Positions 24,648 to 34,975 of a stretch of 64,000 nt of DNA are shown piece after piece. The position numbers and the translations under genes are program-made. Position 1 is the first letter of the stretch, and each line of letters begins with the position of its first letter. The notes below the pieces were generated by a model that was given only the letters and a program-made list of their open reading frames with translations, did no database searches and was not told the origin of the DNA. This stretch comes from Hyaloraphidium curvatum SAG 235-1 (Eukaryota > Fungi > Monoblepharomycota), in assembly GCA_025558095.1 (NCBI GenBank), contig JAIVFI010000019.1:310001-374000 (forward strand), given 5' to 3'.

Positions 24648-26325
24648 ATGCAGCCCCGCGGAGGCCGCTCGCCGCCGCCGCTGCGCGGGTCGTCGCGCGA
24701 CCGCCGCGATTTCTACCCGCCGCCGCGGCCGTTCGGCCCTCCGCCGCCGCGGTTCTTTGGGCCGCCGCCGTTCCCGCCCGGTCCCCCGCCGCCGATTTAC
24801 GGTGAGGCGCGCCGCCGTTTCGCACGGCCGCGGCTGACGACGCCTCCGAATGCCTGCAATATCGATTAATTGCGACGAAGGCCGCCCGCCGTTCCGCGAC
24901 GACTTCTCGCGGCCGCCGCCGTTCCGCCGGTCGCCGTCGCCGCGCCGCGGGCCGCCGCCGGCCGCGCCGCCCGAGCTCGGCGCCGTGCATCCCGACAGAC
25001 TCGCCGCGATCGAGCGCGCTGAGAGGGAGGCGCGGGCCGAGATCGAGAGGCTGGAGCGGGCACGCGCTGCCCAGAGGGACGTCGAGGGGCGCGATCGCAG
25101 CGACGATGCGAGGGCCGATGGTGGGTAAACAGCCGAGACTGCGTGCTCAGACAGCCATCCTCCGTCCGAAGGACGCGTCGGACGCGTCTCCCTCTGCGCC
25201 GGGCCTCGCGGCTCCGCAGCCTCTTCCCCTTCTTTTCTTCGCCATCGCCTGACCCCCATCTCCCTCCTTTCCTTCCTTTCTCCCGATCGCATCGCGTGCG
25301 AACGACCACAAGATCGCTACGGTCGGCCTCCGCCGGCCCGACAGTTCGACGATTTTGGCCCGCCGCCTCCGCCGCCGCCGCGGATCCCCGACCTGGACCG
25401 CTCGCCGGCCCCATCTCCAGCCCGCGGTCGGCAGGCGTCGCGCTCGCCCGCACGCTCGCTACCGCGGTCGTACTCGAGATCGAGGTCGACGTCGCACACG
25501 CGCAACAGGAATGTGCCCGCGGAGAGGGGGAGGACGCCGTCGCGCTCCCCGTCCCCGCCTCCGCGGTACAGGGGCCGTTCGCCTTCGCCTCCAATCCGCC
25601 GCTCCCCCAGCCCGCCGCGGCGCCGTCGATCCCCATCCCCGCTCCCACCGCCTCCGCGCCGGCGCCGGGACTCGTTCAGCCGCTCGCCTCGCAGTGCCTC
25701 CCCGCCGCCGCGCCGCCGCCGCCGCTCCCCGACCCCCGAAAGCTACCACGTCGCGCGCTCCGGCGCCATGATCGACTCGTACCGCCCCGCCCCGGGCAAG
25801 CGCGCCCGCCGCGGCAGTCGATCGCGCTCCCGATCGCTGTCGCGGTCCAGGCGCCGCGGGTCCCGCCGCGACGAGCAGCCCGTCCCCGTCGGCCGCCCGA
25901 TCTCGCTCGCGGAGCTGGCGGCCCGCATGGGCTGGGACAGGGGCGAGAACATACCCTCGCTGACCAAGCCGGCCGAGGTTCTGACGCGCGACGGGAGAGC
26001 CGTGGAGCGCTACGTCCCAAGCTACTCGCGGCTGGCTGACGAACCGCCCAAGAAGCGGAGGCGGAGGGGCGGGAGGACGAGAAACAGGGGCGGGGGCGGG
26101 GGCGACGCCAACGGGAAGGCGGGGCCGGACGCGGCCGCGGACAAGGAGGGCGCACCCGAAGGCGCCGAGCAGGGGGCGGATCGGTCCCGGCGGGGCTCGA
26201 CCAGATCGTTGTCTGAGATGCGCAGCCCCACGCCGCCGGGATATCCGGAAGGGGAGGCCATGGAGGGCGACGGAGAGGGCGAGGGAGGGCTGGAGGCTGC
26301 CTGGGAGGGCGACGAGGCGATGTAG
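24648..26325 (+). CDS. Low-complexity Arg/Ser/Pro-rich (SR-like) protein
   Basis: Three exons join in frame (introns at ~24802-24880 and ~25121-25311). RSRSRS and RRRSPSP repeats, VHPDRLA motif. Confidence 0.65.
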
Positions 26326-26510
26326 GCCGTATTGCGGGGCGCGGGCTTCAACAGCACAGAACTCGGACCGCACAGCGAAGCCACGGCGCGGTGCGATGTA
26401 CCATGTGGGCGGGACAAGAGATCGATACCAGGACAACTTTCAAGACACAGTGGGCCTCTATGCACTTCTTTCTGTCCTTCCAGGTTGGTATCTCGCAGCT
26501 CCGTGAATCA

Positions 26511-29500
26511 TCAGAGGAATCCGATGGTCGAATGCCCACGGTATCCGCCCTGCATGGCAACATCAGCGACTGGCGCCGCAAAGGACCAGCTAGACAACCC
26601 ACCGCCCCGCTGCCATACTGCTTGTCCCACGCCTTGAGCTCCTTGATGACCTCGTTGCGCTCGTTCACCGAGGGAACCACGTCCCCGTCCTCGAGCGCCC
26701 GCTCGAAGTGGGTGAACCGCAGGATGCGGTCCGTAGCGTGCTCGGGCCGCCCCAGGATCTGCTCCCGGATGCTGTTCATCGCCGCGGCTATGGACAGATT
26801 CTTGAGGTCCGACCCCGAAAACGATTCCGTCCGCTTGGCCACGGCGGCAATGATGTCGGCCCTCTCCTCCGGCCCGTCCCCGATCGTCTCGTCCCGCAGC
26901 AGGATCCCGAGGATCTCGCGCCTCTCTGCCTCGTCGGGCAGGTCCACCATGATCCTTCGCGGCATTCGGCGCAGCACGGCCTCGTCCAGGTCGAACGGGC
27001 GGTTGGTGCACCCGACTACGATCACGCCCCGGTTCTCGCTCTGGATGCCATCCCACTCCGCCATGAACTCGTTGATGGTGTTGGAAGCGTAGCTGGGGAG
27101 ACCGTTGCGCCGCGACTTAAGGAGCGAGTCGATCTCGTCCACAAATACCACGCAGGGGCGCAGCTTGCGCGCGAGGGCTGTTTGAGGGCGGTCAGCCGGC
27201 CAAACCGAGGAACGCCGCCGAAATGCCACCCACTGAAGAGCGCACGGGTGTGCTTCTCGTTCTCGCCCACGTACATGTGCTGTAGGTGCGACATTTGGAC
27301 GTTCAGGAAGTTGGCTCCGGCCTCTGCCGCCACCGCGCGGGCCAGCAGCGTCTTTCCCGTGCCCGGGGGACCGAACAACAGGATACCAGTCGTGGTCTGC
27401 TTCAAAATGCCGGTTCCAAAGAGCTCGGGCCGCTGCAGCGGCAACTGTATCAGCTCCTGCACGATGCGCTTGGTCTTTGCGATCCCCCCGATGGTCGCGA
27501 ACGAGGCGTCCATCCGCGACGGCTTGACGAAGCACTCGCGCAGGATGCGCTCCTCGTACTGGTCGATCTTGAGCCTTTCGGCCGGGTCCGCGAACGCCTC
27601 GGCGTGCTCCCCGCCCGCGCCGGACCGCGCGGCCTCGCGGAGCAGAGATGCCTCGGCGCCGATCCGCAGGAACTTGCCCACGTCGGCCGCGTCGACCGTC
27701 TGCGCGCGCACGGCGGCCAATCCTGTCGCCTTGACCCGCGCCGCGGGCGGTTCTCCCTCCTCGGGCAACGGCGTCGGCGGGCCTGCCGGCGCCGCCCGCG
27801 CTCCCATGGCCATCGCCACCACCTTTTCGATCTCGGGCATCGTCAGGCACCTCTCCTGGAAAATCATCCGCCTGCCCCTCTCCCCGTCCTTGCCTCCGGG
27901 TAGGTCCGCCAGCACCGCCTCGGTCAGCTCCCCCAGCGGCGCGGGCATCTCGGCCCCCGCGGCGCGGGCGGCCGCGCGGAGCTCGCGCTCGTTCCATTCC
28001 GACACGACGCGGGCGAGATCCTGCCGGAGGAGCTTGGAGAAGCGGGGAAAGCTCGGGCGGGCCTGGGTGGTGAGGGCGCCCGGGGTCGGGAAGGGAGGAG
28101 GGAGAACGTCGACCCGGGGGACGCCGATGTAGCGGTCAAGAGGGGTATCGAACGACACGGGGCGCTTCCTCGACATCTGTGTGCGGGGTTTCGTACTAAA
28201 GATCAGGTGGAGGCACGGTTGCTGGCCGGCAGCGCGGACGCACCCCGAAGATGCCGGGAAGCCCCGATCCCGACGACGGATCCTCGTCCTCCTCCTCCTC
28301 CTCGTCCTTCAGGTTGAACTTTCTGATGGCCTTGACCCCCGGCCCCCCGCCGCCAAAGAACATGGCCGACTCGTCGCCCTTGCCACCCCCCGGCGACGCA
28401 AAGGTCCGCGTGTGCGGCACAAGGACCACCACGTTCCGCCCGTTCTCGCCCCTGCGCACGCTGCCGACCGCCTGCGCGAGCCCGCCGACGACGTCCGCGG
28501 CCGAGAGCGTCTCGCCCTCCTCGGCGAGGCGGAGCACCTCCGCCAGGTCCTCGTAGTAGACCACCAGCGGGGGCAGGTGCGCGGGGAGCCGTTCCCCCGT
28601 GAGCACGCTTCGCCCGGGGCGGGGCCGCTTGGTGCCCGCGGGGGAGGTGTGCGAGAGGAGGTTGAAAAAGGAAGCGAAGCCGTCGTTCAAGTGGTGCGCC
28701 GGCTGGTGCGGGCCCGGGGAGCGGCCCGTGGGGAGGGGGGCCATGTCGCCCTGCGGGCCGACGTAGGGGCGGAACCACGGGTAGGGCGTGATGGGACCGT
28801 CCTCCGAGGCGCCGTCGTCGCCGCCACCGCCGCCGCCGATCACGTTGAACCTGCCGCCCGGCCCGCCCATGAGCCCCGTGATCATGATGTTGGCGCCGGG
28901 AGGGCCCATGAACTGCTGGTCGCGGCCCCGCTTGCTGCGCCCGCGGCCGCCCTCCTGCTCGGGCTTGCTCTGCAGCACGGCGAGGGGCGGCAAGCGGGGG
29001 AAAATGTCGTGCGTCCATACCGCGAGAAAGTCGGCGCCGATGGAAGCGGCGGCGCGTCGTGCCAGGTGACGCAGGTACAGCTCGGCACCCTTGTAGGGTG
29101 CCGACAGGCACACGATACCCGACGACACGGACGGCAGCCGCTCGACGACGCGTAGCCCGACCAGCGCGTCGTCCGTTAGGGCGGCCAGCAGGGCCCGCAG
29201 CTCTTCCCACGTCGCGTCCGCGACCGGGTACGCGGGATCTGCCGGCGCCTCGGTGCCCGCGGCCACCATGCGGCGCGCGAAATCGTCCGGCGGCACGGGC
29301 GGGCCGGCTGCGCGGATCAGTTCCGCGAGCGTCTGGGGGCCGATCGGGTGCTGCGAAACGGGCACGGCGAACGGCACGGCGATGTGCGCCGCGGCGCCCA
29401 CGATCGTGCCCGCGGCGCCCGTCGCTGGATCGATGCGCCGGCGGCCCGCGGGTTTCCTCCGCGGCGCGTCGCGGGGCGTGTTCCCAGCATGATCTGGTGA

Positions 29501-29767
29501 AGCGGCCGCGGCCCCCGACACGGCCTCGCCGCGCGACGAATAAAACCGGGGCTGCGGCTGATCTCCTTCCGACGGCTGCGATGCGTCCTTCGGCGGCGCG
29601 TTCGAGCTCGGGGCGGCCGCGGCGTCGCGCAGCTCCGTCGGCTCCTTGTCCCGCCCCGTGGCATCGCTCAACCGGCGGCCCGCGTGGCCATTCCGCACCG
29701 CCGGCCGCAGCCCAACCGCGTGCTGGCCGCGCCGCCGGACGGCAAACGGCAGCGCCGGGCACCGCAT
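26511..29767 (-). CDS. Large ATAD1/Msp1-clade AAA+ ATPase with a degenerate N-terminal AAA-like region, probably mitochondrial
   Basis: GILLFGPPGTGKTLLARAVA, MYVGENEK, VVFVDEIDSLL, NEFMAEWDGI, TNRPFDLDEAVLRRMPRR, FSGSDLKNL. N-terminal VCLSAPYKGAELYLRHLAR; Arg-rich presequence. Confidence 0.9.
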
Positions 29768-30134
29768 CGCGGGAGGGGTTCCAAAGGGTGATCTAAAGGA
29801 TGTCTAGTGAATGAAGCCAGAGTTTCGACTCTGGTCTGATCCTTTGATTGGTTTCCAGTTTCGCCCGCTCGCGGGGGACGCCTTGACTGGCAGCCTCGCC
29901 CGCAGCGCAGCGGAGGTCGCCGCAGCCGAGCCGCAGCTGCAGCCGGCGGCGCGGGGACCGCAGCGGGCGGGGAGCAGCGGGCCGGCCGAGTCCGCGCCCG
30001 CACACCGGAGACCGGAGACCCGCCGGGCCGGCTGAGAGGTCGCGGGCGCTCGGCGTTTGATACGCGGAGAGCGGGAGAGCGGGGCATCCGGCACTCGGGG
30101 AGGACCCGGCTAGGGGCACCGGGACACGCTGGAC

Positions 30135-31020
30135 ATGGCCACGGGGGGCTTCGCCGCGCCGTTCCCGCCGGCTCGGCCGCCGCAGCAGGCCGCCGAGGAG
30201 CAGCCCGCCGAGCAGCAGCCGCCGCAGGCGCCGCTGGGCGGCCACGGGATCGTGCCGACGCTGCAGTGAGTCGCTGCTCGCGGGGGAGACGCGGCCCCCG
30301 CTTAGCTGCGTGTCGCCGCCGGAAGGAACGTCGTGGCGACCGTGGACCTGGAGACGAAGCTGGATTTGAAGAACATCGCGCTGCACGCCCGGAACGCAGA
30401 GTACAACCCCAAGGTGGGCAACATCCTCCCCCTCCCCCCGCTTCTCTCAACCCCCACCCCGTAGCGCTTCGCCGCCGTCATCATGCGCATCCGCGAGCCC
30501 AAAACCACCGCCCTCATCTTCTCCTCGGGCAAGATGGTCGTCACCGGCGCCAAGAGCGAGGAGTACGCCCGCCTGGCCGCGCGCAAGTTCGCCCGCATCG
30601 TGCAGAAGCTCGGCTTCCCCGCCAAGTTCTCGGCATTCAAGATACAGAACATCGTGGGGTCGTGCGACGTCAGGTTCCCCATCCGGCTCGAGGGGCTGGC
30701 GTACCAGCACGGGCCCTTTTCCTCCTGTGCGTCGACATGCGGCCCGCCCGGGCAGACCCATCCCCACAGATCCGCTGACCCCGCCCTCCCTGTAGACGAA
30801 CCCGAGCTCTTCCCCGGCCTCATCTACCGCATGGTCCAGCCCAAGGTCGTCCTCCTCATCTTTGTCTCGGGCAAGGTCGTCCTCACGGGCGCAAAGGACC
30901 GAAACGACATCAACCGCGCGTTCGACCAGGTTCGTGGCAAGCATGCCTGCAGCAATGGCACGCACCTCATCTCCCGGGGGACAGATCTATCCCGTGCTTT
31001 CGCAGTTCCGCAAGCCGTGA
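30135..31020 (+). CDS. TBP: TATA-box binding protein
   Basis: [68 protein letters not shown]; four introns. Confidence 0.97.
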
Positions 31021-31230
31021 CCGGTCCTTCCGCTGGCCCACCCTTCTCCACCACTCGGCGTCACCCCTTCCCCTTTACCTCTCTTTTGCTTGCGGGCCTG
31101 CTGCGCCGCGGGTGCATCTACCGTCTCTTCCCTCTCCTTCGCAACGTTGTTTAGAGGACGCGGGACGGTGGACCTTGTCGTTGTGGTCGACTTGCAGCCG
31201 GTGCGGTTTGCCGCGGGTGCGGACGTAGAT

Positions 31231-31410
31231 CTGCCGTTGGCGCGGCCAGTGTAATACCACGCGTCGGCAAAAGAGTTCGGAGACTTCAAACGTCTTTGCG
31301 CGTTGGTGTTCGTTACCTTCGGAGCAGAAAGTGATGTGTGCAAATGATTTGTCGGCGACCATAGCCAACACCACGGCCACCCTCAATGTCGAGCGAGTGC
31401 GGACCCAACG
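31231..31410 (-). ncRNA. Candidate intron-hosted H/ACA-like RNA in a non-coding locus
   Basis: Minus-strand hairpin ACCAACGCG-CAAAGA-CGTTTG..CGAAC-TCTTTTGC-CGA-CGCGTGGT followed by attACA. Flanked by GT and CAG and an upstream pyrimidine-rich tract. No convincing ORF. Confidence 0.3.
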
Positions 31411-31704
31411 GCGAAGAGGAAGGGAGAGACGAGAGAGGGACTGATCGTAATGGCGTAAGAGAGTATAGAGTATCGGCAAACGGATGCAATCTTCATTCAC
31501 CACCTTGCGGATACAACGACCGTACCATAACCGTCCAGATTTCTTCGCATTCAGAAAGAGAGCGACAGGTGGCGCACTATCGAGTACAGATTAATTGGGG
31601 AGAGGCGGGAGGATCATTTACAAGGCTTCAAGAAAGGTTCCCAGGGTAGGAGGTCCAGCATCCGTGTCCGGGCGGTGTTGGTGTCCCGTCCGTGCGTTCG
31701 GCAT

Positions 31705-33146
31705 CTACTTCTTGGCAGGAGACTTCGGGGTTGCGCTTTTCTTCGGGGTGGCCGCTTTTTTCGGCGTCGCACTCTTCTTCGGGGTGGCCTGGAGGGGCAG
31801 AAGTCAGGCACCGTCCGTTTCGCCGAACACAGTAGCGAGCAAAGTACCTTCTTCACCGCAGGCTTCTTCTCAACCTTGGCCTTGGCTGTCTTCGGCTTCG
31901 GGGCGGCAGCCTGGGCAAACTGAATGAGCGGAAACGCCACCAGATCGCGCAAAAGCAGATTTTACCTTCTTCACCGCTTTCGGCTTAGCCGCGGCGGGTT
32001 TCTTCGGTGCCGCAGCCTGTGCAAGAGGGGGGCAAGGTGCGAGAGCGTGAGCGGAAGTGCCAGATCGACGCACCAATGAAAATTTCACCTTTTTGGGCTT
32101 GGCGGCTGCGACCTTGGGAGCAGGGGCGGGCGCGGAGGGCTTCTCCTCCTTCTTCTCCTCCTTAGGGGCGGCTGCCTTCTTGGGCGCGGCCGCCTTCTTG
32201 GGCGCGGCTGCCTTCTTGGGCGCAGCCGCCTTCTTGGGCGCGGCCGCCTTCTTGGGCGCGGCCGCCTTCTTGGGCGCGGCCGCCTTCTTGGGCGCGGCTG
32301 CCTTCTTGGGCGCGCCTGCCTTCTTGGGCGCGGCCGCCTTCTTGGGGGCGGCTGCCTTCTTGGGCGCGGCTGCCTTCTTGGGCGCGGCCGCCTTCTTGGG
32401 GGCGGCGGCCTTCTTGGGCGCGGCGGCCTTCTTCTCCGCAGCGGGCTTTGCGGCGGGCTTTGCGGCCGGGGCCTTCTTGACCGGGGGCTGGGGGGTCCGG
32501 TGTGTTAGTGGCGCCGCGACGAGCCGCACGCGCACCGCCAGCCCCACCTTCTTGACCTTCTCGGCGCCCTCCTCCTTGTTGAGCTTCACGGGGCCGCTGG
32601 AGCCCTTGGGCTGCACGAGGAGGCCCTCGTCGACGCCCTTGCGGATGGCGGCGTTGATGAGCTGCGGTTCGGGGGTGCGGGGTGAGCTGCGGCGGCCTCC
32701 TGGCCCGGCAATGCGCCCACGTGGTCGATCTTGTCGCCCAGCGACTTGTGGTTGGAGTGGATCCACTTCTTGATAGCTGGGGGGCGGGGGAATGCGCGGG
32801 GGCGGAGGGCGGAGCGGGGTCCGGGCGGTTTCCGTCAGCGGCGGCCCGGGCTGCACGCGGCGCCAGGGGGCACCTTGGCGGGACGAGCTGCGGGCGCGGG
32901 AGCGGTCAGCAGTGCGAGCGGCGCGGGGGCGGCGGGGGGACGCACCCGTTGCGCTCCTTGAGGGCGACGATGGCGTCGGCGACTGCGGGGCGTCAGCGGC
33001 GGCGAGCCGGCGTGCGGCGCACCCACCGAGCTTCTTGAACGGCGGGTGGTCGGCGGCCTTCTTTGCGGCGGCCTTCTTCGTCTGCGTGTTTGGGCGACGG
33101 TTGGCGGCGGCGGCGCGCGCGGTGTTTGGCGCACCTTCTCGGCCAT
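31705..33146 (-). CDS. Linker histone H1 (about 10 exons)
   Basis: [56 protein letters not shown] globular domain; K/A/P-rich tail ending ATPKK..SPAKK*. Confidence 0.95.
32164..32433 (-). repeat. Coding minisatellite, about 15 x 18 bp (KKAAAP)
   Basis: gccttcttgggcgcggcc-type units on the + strand; one KKAGAP variant. Confidence 0.95.
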
Positions 33147-34119
33147 GGCGGGCGGCGGCGGCGTGCGCGGGAGGTGCGGCGAGCGGCGGCGGGGGTTGGC
33201 GCGGTCCGCGGAGCGGCGGACGGTGGGTTGGAGAGTGACTTGAGTCGGGGTTGTTCGCGAGGCCAGGGCGCGACCGCCGCAAGCCGTGCTGGAGCCGTCA
33301 CAAACCGCATCGAACAACCGAGCATTCTCACCACAGGGAACGCAGTTAAGGACAAATAGCCATCTGACAATTGTTACGTGCCTGTCTGCTGTAAGCTGCC
33401 GGGGGTCTCGACCTCGTTTTTCGAATACAAGCGGCGTTTTCCCGGGACCCAGGAACGAGGGCGGATCGACCGCACCCGATGATCCCCTCCGCAGCGCCCC
33501 TTCCGCACAGCACGACCTGAACAGCAGTCCATGCATCTGGATATCCATAAATGGCCTCAATCCACCTCGATCGGTAGTTTGGGGCGGTTTCCACCTCGCG
33601 GCAGCCCCTTGGCCTCGCATCCTCCCGCAACCATCCCCTCTGAGTCGCCGAGCGAGAAATACATGCGAGAAACCGGGGTCACCAATGCAAAGGCAACTTC
33701 ATTGCCAACATATGAGCCCGAATCCAACAACGATCGGTGCTTTCTGCGAGGCGCGTGAGGCGTCTGTCGTGCTTGACTCAGCGTCCTCCAAACAATGACT
33801 GTCACCCACAGTCTTTGCCTTCAACTGTCCCCGATCGTCAGTCGCCCGTGACCGTAAAATGTCATTGACCTGCCTATGGCGTTCGATCGGCCAAAGAACC
33901 ACACGGGAGCACGTTTACGATGGGTTCCGAGATGGTCACCCGATCGGTCTGTAACACGATTGATTTGGGCCTCTGCGCGCGAGCAGAGCGTGCTTGCAAG
34001 CGACAACAGTTTCTGCATGTGTAAGCGGGGGCTACTAACAAAGGGACAAAGGTTTCTGGGCCCTAGAGTTGTATCGAGCACGATCTATGAGATCCCAGCC
34101 TACATCGCGGCACGAGGCA

Positions 34120-34815
34120 TCAGTGAGCGCCCCGGTCCTTGTCCTTCTTCTTCTTCTTCTTCTTCTTCAGAAGCCCGTCGGCAGCGTCTTCCAAGTCAGA
34201 TGGGGGCGGGCTGCCGGCTGGCGTGGAAGCCTCGGTCTCCGCTGCTTCCCTCTCCTGTCTCTTCCTCTTCTTCTCCTTCTTTCTCTCTTCGCGGGCCTCC
34301 TCGTCGCTTTCCTTCCCCTCCTTCTTCTCCTCCTTTGTCCGTTTCTTCTCTTTCCGGACCGCATCGCCATTGCTCGCCGGTTCGGGCGACCCGAGGTCGA
34401 CCGTGGGCTCCACGATCCGCTTCCCGTTCTCGTCCTTCCCGTGCAGGTGCTTCTTGCGCTTCTTTTTCTTCGGTGCCTCCTCCGCCGGCCCCTCGTCCGG
34501 CTCTTCCTCCCGAGCGTCGACCTCGATGGGCTCGGGAACCCGGCGGGAATCTGTCCGCGACGGCCGATGGGACTTTCCCCCGCCACCGCCGAGCAGCCCC
34601 ATGTCCCTCTGCCAGTCCAGCGCCTTTCGAAAAATGTCCATCTGATGCGCCACGTCGGGCGAGATCAGGTGGTCTCGCGCGCTCAGCGGCGAGGCGACCT
34701 GGTCCAGGAGGTCCGCGATCCCCGCCGCGACGGCATCCTCGCCGACCGGGCCGCTCCGGAGCACGGTGATGTGCAGCGGCACATTGTCGAGGGGAATGTT
34801 CGTTGCAGACGTCAT
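34120..34815 (-). CDS. Lys/Glu-rich nuclear protein, possibly RNA polymerase I subunit A14 (Rpa14/Ker1)-like
   Basis: Intronless. N-terminal PLHITV..PV.EDAV...IADLL..DVAHQMDIFRKAL resembles the A14 pattern; KEKK-rich tail. Confidence 0.5.
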   Translation of the reverse strand: MTSATNIPLDNVPLHITVLRSGPVGEDAVAAGIADLLDQVASPLSARDHLISPDVAHQMDIFRKALDWQRDMGLLGGGGGKSHRPSRTDSRRVPEPIEVDAREEEPDEGPAEEAPKKKKRKKHLHGKDENGKRIVEPTVDLGSPEPASNGDAVRKEKKRTKEEKKEGKESDEEAREERKKEKKRKRQEREAAETEASTPAGSPPPSDLEDAADGLLKKKKKKKKDKDRGAH

Positions 34816-34975
34816 TTTCTGGCCTCGTGCGAGTCCATACGACGTCGGCAATCTCTGTTTGGACTCATCTCACGGCGTCGATCGCGGGCGGGCGGGTGGC
34901 CGCGTGCGCAGAGGCACAACACACGGTCAAATCCCCGGCCTGACCCGCCCCGAGCGCCGGCGAGATCCCCACAAC

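Noticed and set aside
31282-31292. 11-mer GACTTCAAACG shared with 38454-38464
   Set aside because: Short enough to be chance, and the two candidate RNAs are on opposite strands.
32164-32433. Regular repeat array that could be taken for CRISPR
   Set aside because: No spacers; it is an in-frame coding repeat of histone H1 in a eukaryote.
33286-34100. Long intergenic region with ORFs 33286-33798 and 33876-34769; possible snRNA or RNase MRP fragments (AACCACACGGG; ATTTGG plus hairpin)
   Set aside because: No protein motifs, and the other conserved snRNA/MRP elements are missing. Most simply the H1 promoter plus a 3' flank.
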